Shown in pieces: positions 25,742 through 33,646 of a stretch of DNA of 33,646 nucleotides. The DNA comes from a virus (lineage: Duplodnaviria > Caudoviricetes), in the IMG/VR virus record IMGVR_UViG_3300031839_001335, positions 1 to 33,646 of that record; one strand, given 5' to 3'. The position numbers were made by a program, and so were the translations under genes. Each line of letters opens with the position of its first letter. The first letter of the stretch is position 1. Under the pieces are notes generated by a model that saw nothing but the letters and a program-made list of their open reading frames with translations, did no database searches and had not been told where the DNA came from.

Positions 25742-26797
25742 AATTTTCACAAGCCATTGGGAATAAATCTCGGTTGCTATTTGTGCAGTCATTACAGGGG
25801 GTACACTCATTCCAATTAAATAAACAGGTTTATTAGTGCAAAAATTATAATCCATTGGGTAACTTCCTGCCTTTTTACATTCATCATCAAATAAAGTTCT
25901 TTCAATTTCATAGTCATAAGGCAAGCCACTTGCTCTAATTGTTGGCACTACTTTGTCAGGGTGTAATTTAATTTCATTAAAGTAGCTTCCTTTAGGGTGC
26001 ACACTGCTAAAGCTATTTCCAGCCTCACAAAGCAACCAATATTCTCTAATCATTGGAGAAAGTCCAATTGCATTTTCATTGCCTTCTGTTTGTCTTATGT
26101 ATTTGTATGGTATTTCAGGTTCTTTAAAATCGATTGTAATTTCAGGAGCAACGGTAAATAAATCCATCTGTTTTAAAAACGGTCTCGCTAAATCTTTTCT
26201 AAATGCAATAAAAAAAACACGCTCTCTTTTTTGTGGCACTCCCATTTTTGAGCCATCAACTAAAAAATGTTGTACGTAATATCCTGCTAAATCAAATTCC
26301 TTGTAAATTTTTCTTACATACTCTTTTGCATCTCCCTGCAATAACCCTTTTACATTTTCAGCAACAACAACTTTAGGCTGCAATTCTTTTGCAAGGTCTA
26401 TAAAGTCAAAGAATAAATTATCTAAAACCTGTACAGCTTGTCCTTCTCTAAATTTCTTTTCTTTTCCCCAGTCCTTTTCTCTATTTCCAGCCGTTGAAAA
26501 ACTGCTACAAGGGGGCGAACCGTCTAAAATATCAAGGTTGTAAAGTTCTTCTGGTAAATCCTTTCTTAATTTAAAAGTTTGGATAGGCTCTAAATAAGCA
26601 TATTTAGGGTTGTGGTTAGCTTTGTATGCTTCCATCATTTTAGGATCAATCTCATTACACCCTAATACATCAAAGCCAGCTAATTTATACCCCATTGTCG
26701 AACCACCACCGCAAGCAAAACAACTAAAAACCGTTCCTTTATCTTTTGTGAAGTTTGCATCTTTTAAAGTCCATTCATATTGGTATCTATGTTCCAT
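25736..26797 (-). CDS. C5 DNA cytosine methyltransferase (gene cassette)
   Basis: Motifs I (FACGGG), IV (GSPPC), VI (ENVKG), VIII (PQKRERVF) and X (GMSVPP). No cognate endonuclease nearby. Confidence 0.95.
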   Translation of the reverse strand: MEHRYQYEWTLKDANFTKDKGTVFSCFACGGGSTMGYKLAGFDVLGCNEIDPKMMEAYKANHNPKYAYLEPIQTFKLRKDLPEELYNLDILDGSPPCSSFSTAGNREKDWGKEKKFREGQAVQVLDNLFFDFIDLAKELQPKVVVAENVKGLLQGDAKEYVRKIYKEFDLAGYYVQHFLVDGSKMGVPQKRERVFFIAFRKDLARPFLKQMDLFTVAPEITIDFKEPEIPYKYIRQTEGNENAIGLSPMIREYWLLCEAGNSFSSVHPKGSYFNEIKLHPDKVVPTIRASGLPYDYEIERTLFDDECKKAGSYPMDYNFCTNKPVYLIGMSVPPVMTAQIATEIYSQWLVKII

Positions 26798-26823
26798 AAA
26801 ATATTAATCTCCAATAAAAAATT

Positions 26824-26957
26824 ATATAACAAAAGCATCAAGCGGACTAAAACCGCTATCGGCTTTTTTAGTTTGTTGCATGTCTAAAGTTAATTGGTCT
26901 TTCAAAGTATCTCCTGTTATTTGTGGCGGTTTTAACCGCTTATGCTAAACGTTATTC
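26824..26957 (+). other. attC site 6 (134 bp, long type)
   Basis: ATATAAC-AAAAG-CATCAAGC-GGACTAAAACCGC...GCGGTTTTAACC-GCTTATG-CTAAAC-GTTATTC. Confidence 0.9.
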
Positions 26958-26967
26958 ACATTAACCA

Positions 26968-27339
26968 CTACCACCACCTATCATCTGATTTAAGCATTTC
27001 CGTTTCTCGACTGTGCCAAGCACAACCAACACCCGAACACTCAGATAAATGCCTCTCAAACACCTGATAAGTCTCGATTGTTTCCTTTGTCGATAACTGA
27101 CTAGATGTTCTGCCGTCGTTCATTGCTTTAGATACAACATTGAATAACTCATGTAGATTGTGTTTTGTCCATTTAGCTTTAAAGCCTTTCTTCATGGCCT
27201 GCTCAATAAATACGGTATATTCATAACCTGAAGCATCCAGCTTTTCAGCATACTCGGTTAGCGTTCCGAACAGTGATGTTCGCTGCTTTTCTGTTCTGGG
27301 TTTTTCGTCTGTATCACCCATCAAGCAAACCCTCTTCAC
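26968..27339 (-). CDS. NinB-like protein
   Basis: KPRT.KQ..SL at the N-terminus and TSSQLST.E at the C-terminus, in the nin region. Confidence 0.55.
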   Translation of the reverse strand: MKRVCLMGDTDEKPRTEKQRTSLFGTLTEYAEKLDASGYEYTVFIEQAMKKGFKAKWTKHNLHELFNVVSKAMNDGRTSSQLSTKETIETYQVFERHLSECSGVGCAWHSRETEMLKSDDRWW

Positions 27340-27514
27340 GACATTGTTCTAACAACCTATCCCAAGTCCCGCTTAATGTCCTGTCAGGGTAAATGCCATC
27401 ACGTTGAGCTTCAGCCATTAAAGAACCTGTTAGGATTAGCTTTCTTAGAGGAAGGGTTTTACTTTTCCTTCTTTCTTTTTTAAAAGTTGCTGGTATTGGT
27501 CTTAATTTATTCAT
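27314..27514 (-). CDS. Hypothetical protein
   Basis: Coupled ORF in the early-right operon. Confidence 0.6.
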   Translation of the reverse strand: MNKLRPIPATFKKERRKSKTLPLRKLILTGSLMAEAQRDGIYPDRTLSGTWDRLLEQCREEGLLDG

Positions 27515-27696
27515 TTCTTATCCCCCATCAACCCCTTGATATGCTCGGCTGTTGCTGAATCAATCGTTTTCAAGTATTCATTAATCTCATACTTAGACTT
27601 GCCTTTGCATACATATCTGGCGAGGCATACTTGTCGGTGCAGATTGATTTTGTCCATTTCTTCTTGTGGTAGTTTTGCCAGGTTTTGGGGTTTCAT
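27511..27696 (-). CDS. Hypothetical protein
   Basis: Coupled ORF after the primase gene, with a GAGG RBS. Confidence 0.65.
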   Translation of the reverse strand: MKPQNLAKLPQEEMDKINLHRQVCLARYVCKGKSKYEINEYLKTIDSATAEHIKGLMGDKK

Positions 27697-28586
27697 AGTG
27701 CGACCTCATCTGCAAAATCAGTCCCCACCATCTCAGGTACAGCCACATTCACCGATCTACCCTCAAGAACAAGCCGATTAGCAAGCGTGTAAGCTGCCTT
27801 CTGTCCAGTGTAGTTAGCATCGTTATCTGCCATCACCGTGATTCGCTGAAACTGCTCCGGCAAATTAATGGCTTGCATAAGCGTTGCGTTAATCCCTGCT
27901 ACACCTGACACGCCTGTTAGCTTCATGCCTGCAAGTGTTGTTTCTATCCCTTCGCCTATGACAGCCGCATCACCAGCCTCACCAAGATAAACGCCGCCAC
28001 CGCTTATCGTCTCAGCTTGCTTGTATATTTTTCGATTGGGACTAACAGGCGCTTTGCCACCATCTTTTAGCCAGGTCACATGAAACCCTAGCCTATGCCC
28101 ACTTACGGACGTTATTCGGGCAACCATAGCGTCAAAGTATGATGTTTTGCCATCGTGATAATGCTTAAGATTCTTAGCTAACCTAATCCCTGAGGGTAAT
28201 TGAGTTATCCCCCTGCTTCTCAGATACCTAGACACTGAATCACCCTCTGATAGCAACTCACAACGCTTCGCTATACCGTCCAAGAGGTAAGAACTGTTCG
28301 CTGGCTTTTTAACTGCCGATACCGCATGATCTTCAGGCGACAAGTCTCTTGCCAATTCCGAGAAACTCATACCTGTTACACCCATCACCAAAGAAAACCC
28401 ATCCCCTGCTCCGCACTGAGCGCAGAAATATGTCCCCTTGCCTTCTTTGTTATCGAACCTGAAGCGATCTTTGCCCTCTCGACAAATAGGGCAATCCATG
28501 TGTTTTCCTGTGAGATACTTGCTATCAACGTAATTCGGCAAAACGCTCTCCCATCGGCCTCTCATTTTTTCAGCTATACTGCTCAT
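27693..28586 (-). CDS. Primase (P4-alpha-type Zn finger plus Toprim)
   Basis: H..CP.C...KDRFRFD...G.G..FC..CGAGDG, YL.SRGI, GEGIET and ADND motifs. Confidence 0.92.
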   Translation of the reverse strand: MSSIAEKMRGRWESVLPNYVDSKYLTGKHMDCPICREGKDRFRFDNKEGKGTYFCAQCGAGDGFSLVMGVTGMSFSELARDLSPEDHAVSAVKKPANSSYLLDGIAKRCELLSEGDSVSRYLRSRGITQLPSGIRLAKNLKHYHDGKTSYFDAMVARITSVSGHRLGFHVTWLKDGGKAPVSPNRKIYKQAETISGGGVYLGEAGDAAVIGEGIETTLAGMKLTGVSGVAGINATLMQAINLPEQFQRITVMADNDANYTGQKAAYTLANRLVLEGRSVNVAVPEMVGTDFADEVAL

Positions 28587-30079
28587 GCCGCGTTCCTTTT
28601 TGCATTAGCAATCTGTAGATGCTTGATATACCTGTAAGTACCGTCTGTTGGCGCTCTTAATGTTTTCTCCAAAGCATTAGGCCATACGCCGAACCGCTTT
28701 CTATACGAATGTGCTGCGTATCCTTCTCGCTTGCCATGTTTCTTGCAGTACCCTAGTAACTCACTGTAAAAAAGCTGTTTATCCTCCTTGCTCACTTCTC
28801 TGTTTAATTTCTTCTTACCTCGCTCTATCTCTTGCAGATCGGCTTGATGAACAGGGATAGGCTCAGACTTGCCAATAATTTGCATACCGCAATTAGGACA
28901 CTCACGCTGCCCTGCAAAAATTGTTTTACAGCGTTGACAGGTGATGTCTTTAGAAACTTTTGCCTTTTCATTTGCGGCTTTCTTCCTGTCCTTTACTTTC
29001 GTCTTTGCGTCAAGTGACCAGTATTGTTCATCGTCAACAAAGCCATTTTCGGAAACAGCACCAGCGTGGTCGATGATGATTGCATCCTCCTTGCCCTCGC
29101 ATACTCGTAACACTCGCCCTGCCGTTTGAAGATATAACGCAATATTCTTCGTTGGTCTTGCCAGCACAGCGCAAGAAAGTGTCGGTATATCCAAGCCAAA
29201 TGTAGCAACGAACACGTTACACAAGACCTGCGTTGTGCCATTGGCTACGCGCTCAAGAATATCCTTACGCTCGTCCAGTGGCGTTTCACCGTCTAAGTGT
29301 TCTGCTCGTATGCCAGCCTGCCTGAACTCCTCGCACAAGTGCCTAGAATGAGCGCGATTCACAGCAAAAACGACTGTCTGCCTGTCTTTGGCAATTCTCA
29401 GCCAGTTATGCACAACGTCACCAACGAGTTCTGCTGTGTCGATACGTCCTGCTAACCCCTTCTCCTGATAATCGCCATCAGCGTTTAATTTCAAGCCAGC
29501 CAGATCAGGTGTGCTTGGTGCAAAGTAACGGACAGGCGCAAGATAACCCTTCTCGGTCAGGTCACGAACCGAAGTGGTAATAACCATGTCATCGTAAATC
29601 TCTGATAGTCCACGACCATCACCGCGAGCGGGTGTAGCCGTCATACCAACAATCACCTTGTCACGGTAATGTTTAATAATATCCATCCGAGTTTTAGCAA
29701 TCGACAAGTGAGCCTCGTCAATCACCACCACGTCAGCTTCGGGCATATTCATTTTCTCGTTGCGTATACCTCTAGCGTGTAATGTGTCAAAACTGGCTAT
29801 CTGTAAATTTCTGTGCATAGCAGGACACTCGCCAGCCATGATGACACCATGACTTACCGACTCGCGGCTAAACATCTTCGAGGCTTGGTAAATTAACTCT
29901 CGTCTTGGAGCAAGAAATAAAACCCGCTTGTTTTTCGCTAATGCGTTTTTTACCAGCTCAACGGATATGGCTGTTTTTCCTGAACCTGTCGGGGCGACAA
30001 GAAGCGGTTTTAAAAACCCCTTGCCAAGAGATGAACGTAATCGGCTGATTGCCTCGCTCTGATAATTTCGTAATTTCAT
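28583..30079 (-). CDS. SF2 DEAH-box helicase with a C-terminal Zn finger
   Basis: PTGSGKT, DEAH, TAT, Q..GR.LR and CxxC/CxxC motifs. Confidence 0.95.
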   Translation of the reverse strand: MKLRNYQSEAISRLRSSLGKGFLKPLLVAPTGSGKTAISVELVKNALAKNKRVLFLAPRRELIYQASKMFSRESVSHGVIMAGECPAMHRNLQIASFDTLHARGIRNEKMNMPEADVVVIDEAHLSIAKTRMDIIKHYRDKVIVGMTATPARGDGRGLSEIYDDMVITTSVRDLTEKGYLAPVRYFAPSTPDLAGLKLNADGDYQEKGLAGRIDTAELVGDVVHNWLRIAKDRQTVVFAVNRAHSRHLCEEFRQAGIRAEHLDGETPLDERKDILERVANGTTQVLCNVFVATFGLDIPTLSCAVLARPTKNIALYLQTAGRVLRVCEGKEDAIIIDHAGAVSENGFVDDEQYWSLDAKTKVKDRKKAANEKAKVSKDITCQRCKTIFAGQRECPNCGMQIIGKSEPIPVHQADLQEIERGKKKLNREVSKEDKQLFYSELLGYCKKHGKREGYAAHSYRKRFGVWPNALEKTLRAPTDGTYRYIKHLQIANAKRNAA

Positions 30080-30663
30080 CAGAACTTCTCCTGAGCAGTC
30101 TGGAAATCAACAATCTCTCCTGTTTCTCTATTAACCTCTACAGTAGAAACTTTCCCTTCTTGGTAAGGTAAGGGTTTTACTTCTCCTTCTCCTTCTCCTT
30201 CTCCTTGCTTCGATGCCCCCTTAGAAGCCCCCTTAGAAGCCCCCTTCTTTGGAGGCTTATAATTGAGCTGATATTTGACTCTAAATTCGCTCTTAAATTC
30301 TTCTAAAACTCGTGAATTTGGCAGCCCCTTTATGATGCTTTGAATACCCATTACTCGCTTATCAGCTTTGTTCAAAGAAGCGCCAATATCGTCAAGCATA
30401 ACTTGCCTCAACCAGACAGTATTTGTCTCTTGATCGAAGGCACAATCACCATCAGAAATAAGGTTATTTAGAGCCGCCATGTAGTCCTCTATCGGCATTC
30501 CAATATCGGCTGCTGCATAGGCTGGATGAAGTGAATACAGGTAAATTAAATTGCTGTGAGGGCTTGTTCTAAGATAAGCAGAAACTATTGTTGTGTTTAA
30601 TCCGTGACGCTTGTTCTTTGCCTCAACCCAAAAAGATGGCGGGAATTGTGCGTATTTTCTCAT
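30079..30663 (-). CDS. Putative replication initiator (O-like position)
   Basis: FW...YL.TSPHSN...LY pattern, internal repeats, and position upstream of the helicase and primase. Confidence 0.65.
   Translation of the reverse strand: MRKYAQFPPSFWVEAKNKRHGLNTTIVSAYLRTSPHSNLIYLYSLHPAYAAADIGMPIEDYMAALNNLISDGDCAFDQETNTVWLRQVMLDDIGASLNKADKRVMGIQSIIKGLPNSRVLEEFKSEFRVKYQLNYKPPKKGASKGASKGASKQGEGEGEGEVKPLPYQEGKVSTVEVNRETGEIVDFQTAQEKF
30181..30246. repeat. Intragenic repeats, candidate replication origin
   Basis: (TTCTCC)x4, then GCCCCCTTAGAA x2 plus a partial third copy (encoding KGAS repeats). Confidence 0.65.
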
Positions 30664-30855
30664 TTAAACCACCAACGAATAGCTGGCAAACTTCTTGCCT
30701 GATTTATAAATCATCGTGGTGTGTATCGGGTATATTTCCCTGAGGTCATTAATGCGACTAGCAAGCCTCATACACCCATACAGGTTTAATGCTTCCATTT
30801 GAGTGATTGATTTACCGCTTTTTAAATGTTTAAGTATTTTTAATGATTGACTCAT
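30664..30855 (-). CDS. Small winged-HTH protein
   Basis: IL.HL..G.SIT..EA...YG..RLASRI.DLR motif. Confidence 0.85.
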   Translation of the reverse strand: MSQSLKILKHLKSGKSITQMEALNLYGCMRLASRINDLREIYPIHTTMIYKSGKKFASYSLVV

Positions 30856-30880
30856 GTTATTATTTCTCCGTTGTTAATTG

Positions 30881-30919
30881 AAAACCGCCGTTACAGTGTT
30901 CTAAGCACTAGGCGGTTTT
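30881..30919. terminator. Hairpin/terminator downstream of cro (tR1-like position)
   Basis: AAAACCGCC...AGTG/CACT...GGCGGTTTT inverted repeat. Confidence 0.6.
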
Positions 30920-30975
30920 TGTTTGAGTTACGGCATAAAGCCGAACCAGTCTTTGGTTGGTGCGAGTTCGCTCAT

Positions 30976-31200
30976 TTATTTGGAGTCCCGTAAGAACTGC
31001 CAATCAACATCGGGTCGCAATACCTCACACCTGATGGCGCCTTGTGTTTCTTTTTCAAGTTTAACACAGATACGAGCGCCAATACGTTGCCCTATTGAGC
31101 AGGCTTTTCTAATATATCCAATCGTAGTGCCACACTTGAGGCACAAATCAGATTGATCTTTAGTTGGTAGGCTATTTAAGTAATCTAATAATTCTTTCAT
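30976..31200 (-). CDS. cro: Cro/YdaS-like repressor (probably leaderless)
   Basis: L..YL......Q......CGTT.GY...E..T.GA...E.LRPDVDW motif. ATG 31200 lies 7 nt after the -10 box. Confidence 0.82.
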   Translation of the reverse strand: MKELLDYLNSLPTKDQSDLCLKCGTTIGYIRKACSIGQRIGARICVKLEKETQGAIRCEVLRPDVDWQFLRDSK

Positions 31201-31207
31201 ATTCGGG

Positions 31208-31236
31208 ATAATACCCACAGGTATTCATTATGTCAA
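31208..31236 (-). promoter_or_regulatory. PR-like sigma70 promoter with operator
   Basis: TTGACA-17 nt-TATTAT. Palindrome AATACC-CACA-GGTATT at 31210-31225. Confidence 0.85.
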
Positions 31237-31271
31237 CACCTAATGTCTTCCCTTAATTATCTTCAAATAAT

Positions 31272-31314
31272 TATACCTTTGGGTATTGACTTGCTTTATA
31301 CCAGTAGGTATTAT
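31272..31314 (+). promoter_or_regulatory. PL-like sigma70 promoter with two operators
   Basis: TTGACT (31286)-17 nt-TATTAT. TATACC-N4-GGTATT at 31272-31287 and 31297-31312. Confidence 0.85.
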
Positions 31315-31349
31315 AACTCCCGAAATAACAAAAAAGAACGGGGTTAAGC

Positions 31350-31493
31350 ATGATAGATCAAATTAAGAACTGCGAGAGACGCGATAAGCGCAAAGACTTT
31401 TACGATAAATTAATTTTGAACGTAGCGGGTATTGGTGGAGCAATCGCTTTTATTGTTATCTTGGCGGTTAGCCAAACATTGGTGACGCTATGA
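31350..31493 (+). CDS. Small protein with a C-terminal TM helix (47 aa)
   Basis: Not in the ORF track. GGGG RBS, first ORF after PL, ATGA-coupled to the next gene. Confidence 0.6.
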   Translation: MIDQIKNCERRDKRKDFYDKLILNVAGIGGAIAFIVILAVSQTLVTL

Positions 31494-31822
31494 GCTTCGT
31501 AAGAGGTATGCCCTGCTCAATAACAGCGGCAGGAGACGAGGAGATATATGATGCGCCTGATGAAATAGAAGAAGTTGAAACGATTAAAAACGCTTTAATT
31601 CATGGCGACTCATTCACTTTATTTGGTAAATACAAGACATCATTCAGCAATGTTGTAGAGGAAGAACTGGCTTGTGATGACCACTTTACTAACGAATTAA
31701 GAAGGCTCCTTGTGAGTGAAGATGGAAGTGTTGAATTTAATGATGCATTAGAAAAACTGATCTGTATTGCACACAATAAAACGCACTGTGTAGCACAAAA
31801 CATTTATGATTCAATAGGATAG
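31490..31822 (+). CDS. Hypothetical acidic early protein
   Basis: Coupled ORF before recT. Confidence 0.7.
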   Translation: MSFVRGMPCSITAAGDEEIYDAPDEIEEVETIKNALIHGDSFTLFGKYKTSFSNVVEEELACDDHFTNELRRLLVSEDGSVEFNDALEKLICIAHNKTHCVAQNIYDSIG

Positions 31823-31825
31823 ATT

Positions 31826-32917
31826 ATGAGTAACCAATCAATAGCGCAAGTGATAGAGGTGGCTGAGGAACGATTTAATCAAATCGCGCCATCAAGCATG
31901 AAGTACGAGGCTGAGAAAGGCTTTGCGATCCAGTTGTTAAAAAACAGTTCGTATTTAATGCAAGTGGCTACGGCTGCGCCTCAGTCATTACAGCAAGCAA
32001 TAACCAACGTTGCGGCAATCGGTTTAAGTTTAAACCCAGCCGAAAAGATGGCGTACTTAATCCCTAGAAACATTAAGATCAGCAAGGATAAGTGGGAAAC
32101 AAGGGTGTTCTTAGAGCCTTCTTATATTGGCCTCATTCGATTAGCGACTAATTCTGGTTCAATAGACTGGATTCAGGCTAACACGGTTCACGAATCAGAC
32201 ACGTTCACTGATAACGGCATGGGTGATAAGCCAACTCATGTGTTTGATGCTTTTGCCAACAAAGAAAAGAGAGGTGATGTTGTCGGTGTTTATGCGGTCG
32301 CTAAAACAAGTAAGGGCGACTACTTAACAGCTACCATGAGTCTTGATCGCATTTTAGAGATACGCGATAGATCGGAAAGCTATAAAAAATATCAGTCTGG
32401 CGTATGGGTAACTGACTTTGAAGAAATGGCTAAAAAGGCCGTGATAAGACTTTTATTTAAAACCCTGCCTAGAACAGATGAAAACTCAAGAATGGCTATG
32501 GCGGTGGAAATATCAAACGAGAATGAAGGGTTCGAGCCTATTATCAACAACCCAGACATAGGTCAATACACTGCAAACCAGAAAGAAACATTCGACAAGA
32601 TTATATCTGATGGCGACGCTTTCGGTATGTTTGTTTTCAGTAGAACGATTGACAGGGGCGTATTCGATAATCTTTATCATTCATTCGAGAAAGGCACTAA
32701 AGGAAAATATCAGAAGATAATAGACTCATTAAACTCTGATGGCGCAGAGGTAGCCAACGAATACGCAATGTCAATCACTGAAATGGCTAATAGAGGTGAT
32801 GTAGACGGATACAGAGAGCTAATTAACCCATTAACTAACGATGACTTAAAGGTAATTGATAGCCTTCTGGATAGCGAGGTTCAGATGATAGTCTCAAGGG
32901 AGTTCGCGGGTGTATAA
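31826..32917 (+). CDS. recT: RecT-family single-strand annealing protein
   Basis: IGLSLNPA...AYL.PR, SY.GL..LA..SG and W.TD.EEMAKK.VIR...K.LP motifs. Confidence 0.88.
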   Translation: MSNQSIAQVIEVAEERFNQIAPSSMKYEAEKGFAIQLLKNSSYLMQVATAAPQSLQQAITNVAAIGLSLNPAEKMAYLIPRNIKISKDKWETRVFLEPSYIGLIRLATNSGSIDWIQANTVHESDTFTDNGMGDKPTHVFDAFANKEKRGDVVGVYAVAKTSKGDYLTATMSLDRILEIRDRSESYKKYQSGVWVTDFEEMAKKAVIRLLFKTLPRTDENSRMAMAVEISNENEGFEPIINNPDIGQYTANQKETFDKIISDGDAFGMFVFSRTIDRGVFDNLYHSFEKGTKGKYQKIIDSLNSDGAEVANEYAMSITEMANRGDVDGYRELINPLTNDDLKVIDSLLDSEVQMIVSREFAGV

Positions 32918-32977
32918 AACAATAAAGCCAAAAAAACCATATAACAAAATATGTGACTGCTGTGGCGCTGGTTCTCG

Positions 32978-33220
32978 TTGAGCTACGCAAGCTGGCTGAC
33001 CCTGCCGCGAATAATGATGCACGAAATGCCGGACGAATGGCAGGACAAAATGGCTGCTTTGCTTGAGGAGTGGGACGAAACCTGGAACAGCGACGACATG
33101 CCAAGCCCAAGCGTAACAGCTAAACAAAACGGCAAATTTACACTGTGGCCGAGCTGGTTGTTGAACTACCGCCACCCAGACAGGCAGGAAATTGAGAAGC
33201 GCAGAATTGGCGGCGCATAA
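32978..33220 (+). CDS. Cassette-type ORF, probably 5'-truncated
   Basis: TTG start without an RBS. The frame extends upstream only to a TGA. The stop lies in the core GCATAAC. Confidence 0.6.
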   Translation: MSYASWLTLPRIMMHEMPDEWQDKMAALLEEWDETWNSDDMPSPSVTAKQNGKFTLWPSWLLNYRHPDRQEIEKRRIGGA

Positions 33221-33344
33221 CGCCAAGCGTAACCCGACGCCGGGCAGAAACACGGGAGACTTGAAGCAATGAAAGAGCAAAAAGACCACACAAAACCAGA
33301 AGCCGCAGAGGATCAGGCGGTCGGCGTTGACGCGCTTGTTAGTT
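33215..33344 (-). other. attC site 7 (130 bp, long type)
   Basis: Minus strand: AACTAAC-AAGCG-CGTCAACG-CCGACCGCC...GGCGTCG-GGTTACG-CTTGGC-GTTATGC. Confidence 0.85.
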
Positions 33345-33589
33345 TGCGGATCACGGACGATACCAAACTGGGGCGCAAAGCCATCATGTTTGGCGATGGC
33401 GAAGACGGCTATTTCATGCAACAACACCAGATTTTTGCGGACGACCACGACACTGGAGTAACCATGCTTGTCACCGGCAATCTTGGCAAGGACAACACCA
33501 CTCGGACTTTTGAATTCGGGGGGCAGGATTTCGAGAAAATCCAGGATGCCTTTCGAGCTGCTGGGCACGATGTTGTTTCGTCAAACTAA
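33269..33589 (+). CDS. Gene-cassette ORF whose first ~25 codons lie inside attC7
   Basis: GGGAG RBS and ATG within the attC loop. Cores GTTAGTTTG (33338) and CAAACTAAC (ending 33590) are complementary. Confidence 0.78.
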   Translation: MKEQKDHTKPEAAEDQAVGVDALVSLRITDDTKLGRKAIMFGDGEDGYFMQQHQIFADDHDTGVTMLVTGNLGKDNTTRTFEFGGQDFEKIQDAFRAAGHDVVSSN

Positions 33590-33644
33590 CGCCCACATAT
33601 AAGCGGTGGCGATTTTAGCCATCCGATTGATTTGCTTGTTAGCT
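33584..33644 (-). other. attC site 8 (61 bp)
   Basis: Plus strand: AACTAAC...CGGTGGC-GATTTTA-GCCATCCG-ATTGATT-TGCTT-GTTAGCT. Confidence 0.78.
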
Positions 33645-33646
33645 GT

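Noticed and set aside
32894-33568. 224-aa minus-strand ORF that would put a gene in classical orientation to attC7
   Set aside because: It crosses an attC and two cassettes, has no recognisable motifs, and is the shadow of plus-strand genes, one of which has a clear RBS and both of which stop in the cores.
1-33646. tRNA/rRNA genes, reverse transcriptase or DGR, cas genes, integron integrase
   Set aside because: No such motifs were recognised by eye in the sequence or ORF track. A covariance or HMM search would be needed to exclude them formally.

Overview
The window reads as a nearly or fully complete genome of a lambdoid, P22-like podophage, probably of a gammaproteobacterial host (inference from the gene families). 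It carries early recombination genes (RecT-like, SSB), a Cro-like regulator between two back-to-back sigma70 promoters with operators, and replication genes (origin-bearing Rep, SF2 helicase, Toprim primase). It also has a nin region (NinB-like, C5 methyltransferase, NinG, Q-like), terminase, portal, scaffold, capsid, gp4/gp10-like and ejection proteins, tail proteins and lysis genes. The standout feature is an integron-like gene-cassette system with no integrase in the window: eight attC-type sites at three loci (1217-2393, 26824-26957, 33215-33644). Cassettes are bounded by complementary GTT.../...AAC cores. All attC sites have the polarity opposite to the classical one relative to their ORFs. 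Each locus ends in a short attI-like site sharing a consensus (253-271, 2544-2562, 25723-25741), and the two long attCs contain RBS/start-codon leaders. No cI repressor or phage integrase is visible. An IS200/IS605 tnpB element has had its central part replaced by an HNH endonuclease gene. All calls come from reading the sequence and recalling family motifs; no database search was run.
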